Positions 10,414-19,799 of a stretch of DNA of 64,000 nt are shown piece by piece. Under the pieces are notes generated by a model. The model saw nothing but the letters and a program-made list of their open reading frames with translations, ran no database searches and was not told the origin of the DNA. Source of the stretch: Alphaproteobacteria bacterium (GTDB lineage: Bacteria > Pseudomonadota > Alphaproteobacteria > UBA828); the NCBI GenBank assembly GCA_963422645.2, contig CAXXVO010000008.1:1-64000 (forward strand). The letters run 5' to 3'. The position numbers and the translations under genes are program-made. Position 1 is the first letter of the stretch. Each line of letters starts with the position of its first letter.

Positions 10414-10443
10414 AGTTGGGCGTCCCGGAGCCAGCTCAGCCTG

Positions 10444-11307
10444 CTACCGATACTTATCGAGGAAAGGGCCGACGGCGGCGTGGTAGCCGCCCGGGTTCTC
10501 CCAGAAGGGCATGTGGGCGCAGCCCGGGAAGAACGCGTACTCCGCGTTCGGCAGGTATTGGCACGAGACGGCGCAAAGCTCCGGCAGGACGTAGTCGTGC
10601 TCGCTGGCGACGACCAGCATTGGCGCCGTCACGCGGTGCAGGTCGCTCATACGGTCGTACGTGCGGAGCGTGCCGGTGCAGTTGAATAGGTGCGGCCCGA
10701 ACATGTGCCTGAGCGGGCCCAAGCCGATATCGCTCAAGGACTGCTGCACCGGCTCGGGCCAGGTCTCCATCCGGCACATGTGCCGGTAGAGCATGATGGT
10801 CACCGCCGCCTGATATTCCGGGTGCTCGGTAGTGCCCTCGGATTCGCGGCGCGCCATCATGCGCACGGTCTCGTCGCCGAGGTTCTGCTTGCAGCGGAGG
10901 AAGCCGGCCTGAACCTCGCGGAAGTCGTAGGCGATGCTGCTGGAGACGAAGCATTTCACGTTGTCGGGGTGGGCGAGGCAGTATTCGAGGCCGAGCATGC
11001 CGCCCCATGAGTTGCCGACCACGGCGATCCGGCCGAGGCCAAGGGCGCTGCGCACCGTCTCCATCTCCTCGACGTAGCGCTCGACGGTCCAGAGCGAATC
11101 GTCGTCCGGCCGGTCGGATTCGCCGCAGCCAAGCTGGTCCCACGAGACCACGCGATAGCCCTGATCGGCGTAGCGCAGATGGGCGTCGCGCACGTAATTC
11201 GACGGAACGCCGGGCCCGCCGTGGACGACCAGAATCACGTCGTCGCCCTCGCCTTCGCTGAAGGCGGTCACCGTGTGGGCGCCGATACGCACCGGAATTC
11301 GCTCCAT
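10444..11307 (-). CDS. Proline iminopeptidase-family alpha/beta hydrolase
   Basis: HGGPG, WDQLGCGESD and GNSWGG nucleophile motifs. Confidence 0.88.
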   Translation of the reverse strand: MERIPVRIGAHTVTAFSEGEGDDVILVVHGGPGVPSNYVRDAHLRYADQGYRVVSWDQLGCGESDRPDDDSLWTVERYVEEMETVRSALGLGRIAVVGNSWGGMLGLEYCLAHPDNVKCFVSSSIAYDFREVQAGFLRCKQNLGDETVRMMARRESEGTTEHPEYQAAVTIMLYRHMCRMETWPEPVQQSLSDIGLGPLRHMFGPHLFNCTGTLRTYDRMSDLHRVTAPMLVVASEHDYVLPELCAVSCQYLPNAEYAFFPGCAHMPFWENPGGYHAAVGPFLDKYR

Positions 11308-11412
11308 CTCGTAACTGCCCAGGTCTGATTCTGCCGAGCACTCGGACGTGATGGATTGATGGTTCTGACCAGCCAGGGGTCAGGCGGCGCTTTCCCGGAG
11401 CAGCGCAGGATT

Positions 11413-12954
11413 TCAGAAGCGCAATACGGGGATCAGCTGGATTGGATCGGGGTGCGCCAGGGTTTCGAGGACATTCCAGCGCTGTTTTCGAGCGGTGGCG
11501 ATGACGGATCGCAGGTTTGCGAAGTCGCGGGCGCCTTGTATCGAGCGGAAGCCGCCTGAGATTTTCTGGCGCAGCTTGCCCATTCGGAGGTCGCGCTCGG
11601 CCTCGTTGTTGGAGAAGGGGGTTCGCGGATCGGTGAGGAAGCGCAGGCACCCCTCCTTGTACTTCTGGAGTCGGAGGGCGAGGTTGTGACCGATGCGGCG
11701 CTTTTGTCGTCCGCGCTTTCCGGTCTGGAGCGGTGGCATTTCTTCGTGAGAGGCGATGGCACGTTCGAGGATGCGGTCCCAGGCTCGCGAGATGCGGGCC
11801 ACCAGTGAGGCGGGCACGTCGCGGTCGTTCTTGTGGGCGAAGCGGGCGGCTCTGTTGGCACGGATGAGGAGCCGGTGCGTGCTCGTTGCCCAGTCTTCCT
11901 TCTCGATCTCGATGAGGGCTTGGAGCTCGCGCAGGTGATGGGCGTTGCAGGCCCCGTGGCGCACGCCCTCGAGAGCGAAGTAGGTGGCGTAGTCGTCATG
12001 GATGACGATGCCGTTGAGCTTCTCGTCGATGTGGCTGCGCCCGGTGGCGACGCGCAGGATGGTGAGCAACGGGGTGCACAGCACATGGAGCCAATGGGTC
12101 CGGGCGGCGATGCGGATGCCGGTCTCGTCGAGGTGTTTGACTGGGGCTGCGGTGCGGATGATCTCCGCGAGGCGATCGAGGAAGCCCTCGAAGCGCCGGG
12201 CGGTGCGCCTTCCCATGGCGACGATGGTGGCTGTTGAGAGCTTGACCGCGAAGAGGTCGCTCATGACCTCGGCGACCCGCTTCTCGGGAATGAACTGAGC
12301 GTGCAGCAGGTAGGTCACCCACGCGGTGATGCGCGGCCCGTATTGGACCGGTGCGCTCACGCCGTTCGGGAAGACGGCTGTCGTCACGGTGCCGCAGGCA
12401 GCGCAGAGGCAACGATGGCCGCGATGTTCGGTGACCTCGAGGGGCTGCGGCTCGGGCACATCGAAGACCTGCCGGCAGACGGGGGCTCCGTGACGGTCAG
12501 CGTCCGACAGCGGCGCGCCGCAGCCCTCACAGGCGGACGGATCATGATCGACGACATGGTCGGGCGTCGCGGTCCGCTCCAGGGTAGTTCCCTTGTGGCC
12601 CGGCTGGCCGCCACTGGGCCTGTCGGACTTGCCGCGCTGGCTCCGGGTGCGCTTCTCCCGGTCACCGCTCTTCTTCTTCAGACCGTCGCTGGCCGGCGGC
12701 TTGGAGCTGGTGGTGCTGTCGAGCGCGGCGCTGCGCTCGAGTTCGGCGATCCGCTCGCGCAAGCGGGCGTTCTCCCGCTCCAGCGCGTCGTTCTCCTTGA
12801 CCAGGGCCGCGCTCAGGCGCAGCAACCTCTGGCCCCATTCCCGAATGGCTTTGACGGCGGTCATTGCGAAGGATTGTGGGGTGAAAAGGTCCTGCAGGCA
12901 CGCGAAGGCCTCGTCGTGGGCAGCGAGGTCCTCGTGCCAGCGCGACACTGTCAC
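11413..12954 (-). CDS. tnpC: IS66 transposase TnpC (intact)
   Basis: SSKPPASD, HLDETG, IHDDY, CNAHHLREL and SNNEAERDLR motifs. GTG start overlaps the methylase stop (GTGA). Confidence 0.92.
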   Translation of the reverse strand: MTVSRWHEDLAAHDEAFACLQDLFTPQSFAMTAVKAIREWGQRLLRLSAALVKENDALERENARLRERIAELERSAALDSTTSSKPPASDGLKKKSGDREKRTRSQRGKSDRPSGGQPGHKGTTLERTATPDHVVDHDPSACEGCGAPLSDADRHGAPVCRQVFDVPEPQPLEVTEHRGHRCLCAACGTVTTAVFPNGVSAPVQYGPRITAWVTYLLHAQFIPEKRVAEVMSDLFAVKLSTATIVAMGRRTARRFEGFLDRLAEIIRTAAPVKHLDETGIRIAARTHWLHVLCTPLLTILRVATGRSHIDEKLNGIVIHDDYATYFALEGVRHGACNAHHLRELQALIEIEKEDWATSTHRLLIRANRAARFAHKNDRDVPASLVARISRAWDRILERAIASHEEMPPLQTGKRGRQKRRIGHNLALRLQKYKEGCLRFLTDPRTPFSNNEAERDLRMGKLRQKISGGFRSIQGARDFANLRSVIATARKQRWNVLETLAHPDPIQLIPVLRF

Positions 12955-13619
12955 GAACCCTCGTCGGCCTCGACGGCCATGATCGCGGCCAGCACCGCCA
13001 GGCGTTCGCCCGCCGGCATGGCCTCGTAGCGCCGGCCCCAGTTGGCCGCCTTGCGCTTGATGCACTGGCGCTCGGTGAAGTTCCGGCCGGCGAAGCTCGC
13101 CCAGTGCACCCGGTCAGGCACGAAGTTGAACCACACGACCTCGGTCCGCACCTGGGCCTGGGTCGTCACCTGCAGCGCCAGCCGGCGCCAGCCCGCCAGC
13201 AGCTCGTCATAGAGCGCAGACGGGTGGCCCGAGACCATCACCTGGCAGGGCAGACCCTTGAGCAGTTCGAGGAGCGCGACGTGGTCGGCCTCCTCGTACT
13301 CGAAGCGGTAGCGCTGCGACGAACGCCGGGTCGCGTGCAGATAGGGCGGATCGCTGTAGACCAGCTCCGGGCCCAGAAACGGGAACGAGGCCAGGAAGGA
13401 ATGGGCGCAGCCGGGCACCAACTCCACCGGGTAGTCGCAGCCAAAGGCCTCAAGCGCCCGCTCGTCGCGGTCGATCCCGATCGAGCGCATGGCCGCAGGC
13501 TTGCGCTTCATCAGCGCCCCGCCCCCAAGATGGCTCTCGATATAGACAGAGTGCCGCGGCATCAGCGCAATCAGCGCCTGGCTCAGACCGGTCGTCGCCT
13601 TCGACCCGAAATACCCCAC
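12951..13619 (-). CDS. Short Dam/D12-like N6-adenine DNA methyltransferase
   Basis: YFGSK N-terminus, YIESHLGGG SAM-binding motif and DPPY catalytic motif. Confidence 0.85.
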   Translation of the reverse strand: MGYFGSKATTGLSQALIALMPRHSVYIESHLGGGALMKRKPAAMRSIGIDRDERALEAFGCDYPVELVPGCAHSFLASFPFLGPELVYSDPPYLHATRRSSQRYRFEYEEADHVALLELLKGLPCQVMVSGHPSALYDELLAGWRRLALQVTTQAQVRTEVVWFNFVPDRVHWASFAGRNFTERQCIKRKAANWGRRYEAMPAGERLAVLAAIMAVEADEGS

Positions 13620-13647
13620 CGGCTGCTCCTCTCATGCGAGAGTGCAA

Positions 13648-13676
13648 CCCATAGGCGAGAGAACCTATACAGTCAA
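13648..13676 (-). promoter_or_regulatory. Putative promoter of the methylase-tnpC operon
   Basis: TTGACT-17 nt-TATGGG, overlapped by an ATAGG...CCTAT inverted repeat. Confidence 0.5.
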
Positions 13677-13850
13677 GCGGGGATCAACGACGCGCCGACG
13701 GCGAAACGGCACCGACGGCAAGCAACATCAGCACGCACTCAGAACTGGCGGCGGGGTACCTGGGTAGTTACTCCATCTCAATCTCCTTGCTCACCATTGC
13801 GGGCGTCGTCGAGTTTGGCCGGCGTCCGCCCGCGCCGGTGCGGCGCGCGG

Positions 13851-15542
13851 TTATTGGGCGCCTGCGACGGTGCCTACCCGGCGAAGGTCGGCGGTGGCGG
13901 TCTCGTCAAGCATGCCGTCACCCGAGACGGCGACGGCATAGTCCCGCCGGGCGGACTCGGGTGAGACCAGGTCGTTCTGCACGTCGGCAGCCACGTCCTC
14001 GGCGGCGCGATGGCGGGGGTCGCCGTAGCCGGCCCCGCCGGGGAGCACCAGCTTGAGACGCTTGCCCGGCGGGATGGTCTGTTGCCCCTTGCCGCGCAGC
14101 GTGGTGCCGTCGTCGAGCGCGACCGTGCCCGCTGCGCCATCGAGCCCGCCGCCCCGGCCTCGTGCGGGGTTGTCGATGCGCTCGAATTGCGCGAGCACGC
14201 TGAAGGGCGCACCGTCCGCGCCACCGATCTCCATCACCTGGCCGAGCCCGCCGCGCAGCAAGCCGGCGCCGCCGGTATCCTCCGCAAGCTCCTTCCGCCA
14301 GATCACGATGGGCGCGACCGTCTCGGTGGCCTCCGCCGGTATGGTGCGCACACCGCTTGGGAAGGCCGTCGCAGACAGGCCGTCCTTGGTCGGCCGCGCG
14401 CCGGCGCCCCCTGAGTTGAAGAGCGCCACCTCGAACTCCGGCGGCTCGAACGCCGCGTTGCGCCGGGCCTCGCTGTCGATCGCCGTCGCACCGCCGCGCA
14501 GCTGCACGATCCAGAGCGAGGCCGCGCCCTCCGCCGGCACCCGCTCGGGGATCGCCTGATGCAGGCAGCCGAACACCAGATCGGGCAGCATATGGCCGAT
14601 GACGTGGCGGGCCGCGACCGGCCACGGCCTGGGCGCGTTGAGGATCGAGCCCGCCGGCGCCGAGACGGTGAGCGGCGCGAGCGAGCCCGCGTTGTTCGGT
14701 ATGTCTTTCGCCACGATGCACTTGAGGCCGAAGCTCGTGTAAGCGGTGGTGTAGTTGAGCACCACGTTGATGCCGTGATTGCTGGCGGGCGAGGTGCCGG
14801 TGAAATCGACGTGGATTCCGTCGCCCGAGATGGTCATGGCGGCGACCAGCGTGATCGGCTCGTCGTAGCCGTCCATGGTGAGCGTGTTGCGGTAGGTGGC
14901 CTTGGGCAGCTCGGCGATGGCTGCCAGGGTCGCCGCGCGCGAGCGTTCGATGATCTCCCCGCCCAGCGCATCGAGGTCGGTCAGTCCGAATTCCTCCATC
15001 ATGGAGAGCAACCGGTCGGCGCCCGCCCGGTTGCAGGCGATGAGCGAGTGAACGTCGCCTTCGAGCTGGAGCGGCTCGCGCACATTCCAGCGCACCATCT
15101 CCAGCAGATCCTCGTTGATCCGGCCCTCGCGGCAGAGCGGCATGATCGGGATGTAGAGGCCTTCCTCGAACACCGATCGCGCATCCGGCCCGAAGCCGCG
15201 CCCGCCGATGTCGACCACGTGCGCGGTGCAGGCGAAGGAGCCGATCACCTGGCCTTCACGGAACACCGGGGTCACCACCGTGAGGTCGTGCAGGTGACCG
15301 CAGGTGAGCCATGGGTCGTTGGTGATGTAGACGTCGCCCTCACGCATGACCTCGTTGGGGTAGCGGTCGAGAAAATGCTGCACGGCGATGGCCATGGAGT
15401 TCACGTGGCCAGGCGTGCCGGTGACCGCTTGGGCCAGCATCCGGCCCTTGGTGTCGAAGACGCCGGCGGAGAGGTCGCCCGCCTCGCGCACGGTGGTGCT
15501 GAAGGCGGTGCGCAGCAGCGTCTGCGCCTGCTCTTCGACCAC
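13851..15542 (-). pseudogene. Hydantoinase B/oxoprolinase subunit, 5'-truncated
   Basis: Begins abruptly at VEEQAQTLLRTAFS; TNDPW..GHLHD and HVVDIGG motifs. Upstream DNA is transposon sequence. Confidence 0.85.
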
Positions 15543-16449
15543 CCTCGGCTACCGCAGAGACCCGACCGACCGGGCGCGCTTCAAGCGCGGGGGCTCGGTC
15601 ATCAGCATCAACGGCGAGAAGTTCTTCGATCACCTGCGCGGCACGGGAGGGGGTGGCGCCATCGACCTCGTCATCCATGCGACGGGATGCCGCTTCCCGG
15701 AAGCCCTCCGCTTCCTCGGAAGCCATGAGGGGCGGAGGGAGATCACCACCATCCCAGCCGCCCCGCGACGCCTGCGGCTGCCAAGGCCCAGTCCCCGCGC
15801 CTGGCCCAGGGTCCGGGACGCCCTCATCCGCCAACGCGCTATCGGCACCGACGTGCTCGAAGCCTGCCACGGCCGAGGCCTCCTCTACGCCGATGACAGG
15901 ATCAACGCCGTCTTCATCTGCCGAAACGCCAGCGGGCACACGACCGGCGCCGAGATCCTCGGCACCGCGCCGCAGCCCGGAACAAAACGCTTCAGGGGCA
16001 TGGCCCCGGGATCGCGCAAGGCGCGTGGCGGCTTCTGGCTCCACTGCGACCGAAACCAGCCCGCCCTCGTCATCCTCACCGAGAGCGCCGTCGACGCCAT
16101 CTCTGCACGAAGCCTGCGCGTCGAGGGGACGCGCGAGAACGGCGCCGTCGTCGCCTCAACCGCCGGCATCGCCAGCTCGGTCCCGCCCTGGATCAAGGAG
16201 TGGAAGCCACGTCGCATCGTCTGTGCCTACGACGCAGACAGCGCCGGCGACACTGCCGCCGAGCATCTCGTGCTCAACGATCCAAGGGTGAAAAGGTTGC
16301 GCCCACGACACGCCAAGGACTGGAACGAGATGCTCCTGCGGTCTCGATGAAAGCCAGGCCACTCACCGCTCTCGCAGATCAACCAAGCGCCGCATCACGA
16401 ACATCAAATAATCCGAAAACCGCACCATCAAATGCTGGGCGCACGCTCA
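15542..16449 (+). mobile_element. Right-end fragment (908 bp) of the 31295-36483 transposon, with 5'-truncated Toprim gene
   Basis: Matches 35576-36483 (identical ORF translations). Identity stops exactly at ...GCGCACGCTCA. Confidence 0.93.
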
Positions 16450-16450
16450 C

Positions 16451-16684
16451 CTGGTCGCCGAGCGCTCGGGCACCGACGGCCACGCCGACCGCTTCTGGGC
16501 GCTCGCGCTCGCCTGCCTCTCGGCCTCGCAGGCATCCGGCCCCTTCCAGGCCTGGATCGGCGAGGGCCGCCACGCCGTCCATGACATGCCGGGCTCCCCC
16601 CTCGACGGCGATACCGGCTACCGCATCGACACCGAACTCGGCGTCGTCCATTCCCCCCTCTCCGCCCTGAACGGCTGGCGATAG
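16451..16684 (+). pseudogene. C-terminal remnant of a Mu-like terminase large subunit (gp28)
   Basis: LVAERSGTDGHADRFWALALA motif directly upstream of the portal gene. Confidence 0.75.
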
Positions 16685-16687
16685 CCC

Positions 16688-18175
16688 ATGGCCGCGCCCG
16701 CCCCCGCACGTCCCGGGACCGCCGAGATCGCAGGCCCGCAGGCCGGCATCGGCGGCATCGGCGAGCTCGTCCTCCCCTGGCTCGACAGCGACCCGGCGCT
16801 CGGCGCCGACCCCCGCCAGTGGCAGGCCGATCCCACCGGGATCGCGGCCGCACAGGCCGCGCTCCGCGACCCCCACGCCCGCGCCGTCCTCGACCAGCGC
16901 CTCGACGCCGTCACGGCCGCCCCCCTCGATATCGAACCCGGCGGCCCGATGCGCCGCGACAGACAGGCCGCCGGGGACCTCGCGGACCAGTTCGGCGGGA
17001 TCGAGATCGACCGCATCTCCCGCGAACTCCTCCACGCCGCCTGGTACGGATACAGCATCGCCGAGTGCATCTGGGAGATCGACGGCGCCCGCGTCCGCCT
17101 CGCCGATCTCAAGGTCCGCGACCCCGCCCGCTTCCGCTGGCGCAGGGACGGAACCCCGCTGCTCGTTACCCGCGAGAACCCGCGCGGCGCCGAACTCCCG
17201 CCCGCCAAGTTCGTCGTGCTGACCCAGCCCCGCAGCCACGGCGGCCAGCCCCACGGCCCCGGCGCCGCACAGTGGTGCCTCTGGCCGGTCTGGCTCAAGC
17301 GCCAGGCTGTGCGCATGTGGGCGGTCGCGCTCGAGAAGTTCGGCAGCCCCACCGCCATCGGCACCGTCCGCCGCGACGCGCCGGCGGCCGAGATCGAGAC
17401 GATGCTCCAGGCCCAGCGCGCCATGGCCGGAGGCGCCGGCCTCGTCATCCCCGAAGGCCAGGAACTCAGGCTGCTCGACTCGGCCCGCCGCGCCGGCGGC
17501 GACTACGGCGCCTTCGTCGCAGCCCTCGACGGCATGATCGCGGACGCCGTCCTCGGCCAGCGCGCAACCTCCGAGATCGGACCCTGGCGCGGCACCGCCG
17601 AAGTCCAGGCCAAGGTGCTGGAGCGCCTCGTCGCCGCCGACGCCCGACGGCTCTCCGCCGCGCTGCGCAACTCCGTCGCCGCCTGGCTCACCCAATGGAA
17701 CTTCCCCGGCGCAGACGTGCCCGAACTCGCCCGCAACACCGCGCCCCCCGAGGACCTCGTGGCCCGCGCCAGGCGCGAGGAGACCGTCGCCCGAACCTCG
17801 GGCCTCCGCCCCACCCCCGCCCATGTCGAGCAGGTCTACGGCGGAGAATGGGAGAAAGCCCCCGACGCGCCCCCGACGCCAGGCGGCGATCCCCGCCCCG
17901 CGCGCCTCGCCGAGCCGGCGCAGCAGGACGACGACGCCATCGACGACGCCGTGGACGCGATCGCCGCAGACTGGCAGCCCCTCATGGAGCCGGTCGTCGC
18001 CCCCGTGCTCGGCGCCGCAGAGAACGCCGACAGCCTCGGCCGCTTCCGTGCCGCGCTCGACGAGCGCCAGCTCTGGGAGGACATGAACGCAGACCGCATC
18101 GCCCGCCGCCTCCGCCGCACCGCATTCTCCGCCCGCCTCTCCGGCGACGCAGGCCTCGACGAGGGCGAGGGCTGA
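16688..18175 (+). CDS. Mu-like portal protein (gp29/DUF935)
   Basis: AWYGYSIAECIW, LEKFGSP and AVLGQ motifs; terminase-portal-gp30 gene order. Confidence 0.85.
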   Translation: MAAPAPARPGTAEIAGPQAGIGGIGELVLPWLDSDPALGADPRQWQADPTGIAAAQAALRDPHARAVLDQRLDAVTAAPLDIEPGGPMRRDRQAAGDLADQFGGIEIDRISRELLHAAWYGYSIAECIWEIDGARVRLADLKVRDPARFRWRRDGTPLLVTRENPRGAELPPAKFVVLTQPRSHGGQPHGPGAAQWCLWPVWLKRQAVRMWAVALEKFGSPTAIGTVRRDAPAAEIETMLQAQRAMAGGAGLVIPEGQELRLLDSARRAGGDYGAFVAALDGMIADAVLGQRATSEIGPWRGTAEVQAKVLERLVAADARRLSAALRNSVAAWLTQWNFPGADVPELARNTAPPEDLVARARREETVARTSGLRPTPAHVEQVYGGEWEKAPDAPPTPGGDPRPARLAEPAQQDDDAIDDAVDAIAADWQPLMEPVVAPVLGAAENADSLGRFRAALDERQLWEDMNADRIARRLRRTAFSARLSGDAGLDEGEG

Positions 18176-19368
18176 TGCCCGCGCCCGAGATCCTGGACGT
18201 ACCCCCCGCCGAGGCCGTCGAGCACTTCCGCGCCAGGGGCTTCCACGTCGGCTTCGACTGGCGCGACACCGATGCCGAGCAGCACCTGGTCTCCTTCACC
18301 GCCGCCAAGACCGCGAAGCTCGACATCCTCCAGGACCTGCGCACCGCCGCCGACAAGGCCATCGCGGACGGCACAACCTTCGAGACCTTCCGCGCCGAGC
18401 TCGAACCCACCCTGGTCCGCAAGGGATGGTGGGGCAGGCAGCCCATGACCGATCCCGTCACCGGCAAGACGCGCATCGTCCAGCTCGGCTCGGCCCACCG
18501 CCTGCGCATTATCTTCGATACCAACATCCGCATGGCCTACGCCCGCGGCCGATGGGAGCGCATCGAGCGCCTCAGGGAGGCCATGCCCTGGCTCCGCTAC
18601 GTCGCCGTCCAGGACGCCCGCACCAGGCCCGACCACCTCGCATGGCACGGCACCATCCTTCCGGTCGATCACCCCTTCTGGCAGACGCACTACCCGCCCA
18701 ACGGATGGAAGTGCCGCTGCATCGTCCAGCAGTTCGGAGACGACGACCTGGAGCGCTACGGATACAAGGTGTCCGAGGGTCCGCCGCCCGGCTCCGGGCG
18801 CACCAGGCCCTGGAAGAACCGCCGCACAGGCCGCGTCCACCAGGTCCCCCCCGGCATCGATCCCGGCTTCCAGCACAACGTCGGCCGCGCCCGGCCCGGG
18901 CGCGACAGCGCAAACCGCCTGATCGAGAAGATCGACGACGCGCCCCCCGACCTCGCACGCGCCGCCATAGGCCAACCCTGGCGCGGGCAGCTCTTCCGCC
19001 GCCACCTCGAAGGCCGGTCCGACGCCGACTGGCCCGCGGCCGTGCTCTCCGCCCCGGTGCGCGGCGCCATCGGCGCACGCTCCCGAACCGTCCGCCTCTC
19101 CACAGAAACCGCCGCAAAGCAGGCCAGGAGACACCCCGATCTCGAACCCGCAGACTACGCCCGCGTCCAGCGCATCCTCGATCAAGGGGAGATGTTCGCC
19201 GGCTACGAACGTCAGGCCGTCGGCTTCCTCGAAGAGAACGGCCGCCTGTGGCGCGCCGTCGTCAAGGCCACCGTGGACGGCTCCGAGACTTATCTCGTGA
19301 CCCTTCACAAGGCGCAGCCCCGGGACCGCGACGTGGCGCAGCGGCGTTGGGTCAGGATCGAGCTTTGA
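18175..19368 (+). CDS. Mu gp30/MuF head morphogenesis protein with C-terminal PBECR-like domain
   Basis: RLRIIFDTN, RTRPDH, FWQTHYPPNGWKCRC and GIDPGF motifs, plus a ~110-aa extension (KQARRHPDL..DY..RAVVKAT..ETYLVTLHK). Confidence 0.85.
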   Translation: MPAPEILDVPPAEAVEHFRARGFHVGFDWRDTDAEQHLVSFTAAKTAKLDILQDLRTAADKAIADGTTFETFRAELEPTLVRKGWWGRQPMTDPVTGKTRIVQLGSAHRLRIIFDTNIRMAYARGRWERIERLREAMPWLRYVAVQDARTRPDHLAWHGTILPVDHPFWQTHYPPNGWKCRCIVQQFGDDDLERYGYKVSEGPPPGSGRTRPWKNRRTGRVHQVPPGIDPGFQHNVGRARPGRDSANRLIEKIDDAPPDLARAAIGQPWRGQLFRRHLEGRSDADWPAAVLSAPVRGAIGARSRTVRLSTETAAKQARRHPDLEPADYARVQRILDQGEMFAGYERQAVGFLEENGRLWRAVVKATVDGSETYLVTLHKAQPRDRDVAQRRWVRIEL

Positions 19369-19377
19369 AGGGAAAGA

Positions 19378-19446
19378 TGGCGCCGGGCGGGCCGCAACCC
19401 CCGCGCTCGCCCGAAGGCATGAGAGTCATGCGTGCTTCCAGCGCCA
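19378..19446 (-). ncRNA. Candidate tRNA-like small RNA convergent with the MuF-nuclease gene
   Basis: 9-bp closing stem UGGCGCUGG/CCGGCGCCA stacked on a 5-bp GCGGG/CCCGC arm, with internal hairpins. Promoter-like TTGAGG-17-TAGGGT lies 5 nt upstream. Confidence 0.5.
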
Positions 19447-19451
19447 CGCCG

Positions 19452-19480
19452 ACCCTACGCGCCGCCGCACGCCACCTCAA
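19452..19480 (-). promoter_or_regulatory. Putative sigma70 promoter for the small RNA
   Basis: TTGAGG (19480-19475), 17-nt spacer, TAGGGT (19457-19452). Confidence 0.5.
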
Positions 19481-19655
19481 GCCGATTCAGCGCCCCGGCG
19501 CGGGCCGCCGCCAGCCTCGCGGGACGGGCGCCTCGCCCCGGATTTTCCAGCCGAATCCGATACCCCGAAACCGACCCGATTTGCCGCCGTCGCAAGACCC
19601 CTGAAACGCCCCGAAAATCGCCGTTTCCAGCCGATTCACGGTCGCTTCCAGACCG

Positions 19656-19799
19656 GATTCGCAAAGACTTTCGTCCGCCCGCCGCGACGCACCCGCCGTT
19701 GACGACGCCCCGCATCCCCTTGAGATTCCGCCACCTTCCGCCCGATTCCGCCTGATTCCACCCCTTGACCCGATTCACAACGACTTTCGTCCGTCTACA
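19656..19799 (+). repeat. Mu-like right end: two 22-bp direct repeats and terminal CA
   Basis: GATTCGCAAAGACTTTCGTCCG (19656-19677) vs GATTCACAACGACTTTCGTCCG (19772-19793), 20/22 identical. ...TCTACA ends at the hydantoinase A junction. Confidence 0.7.

Larger units (their letters stand above)
11311..13771 (-). mobile_element. IS66-family element carrying a DNA methyltransferase
   Basis: IRs GTAACTGCCCAGGT / ACCTGGGTAGTTAC. 8-bp TSD TCCATCTC at 11303-11310 and 13772-13779. Confidence 0.95.

Noticed and set aside
15388-16350. Apparent 320-aa Toprim ORF with a novel N-terminus
   Set aside because: The N-terminus is antisense hydantoinase B sequence joined at the deletion junction; not a real fusion gene.
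16819-18174. 849-aa version of the MuF ORF
   Set aside because: The upstream part overlaps the portal gene out of frame. The real start is ATG 18175 (TGATG coupling).
19378-19446. Canonical tRNA or intrinsic terminator call for the structure after MuF
   Set aside because: No D-loop GG, no TTC T-loop, no 7-nt anticodon loop, and no U-tract on the plus strand. Kept only as a tRNA-like candidate.
19560-19799. Possible CRISPR array (GATTC-containing repeats)
   Set aside because: Only two long repeats with irregular spacing and no cas genes. Fits transposase binding sites better.
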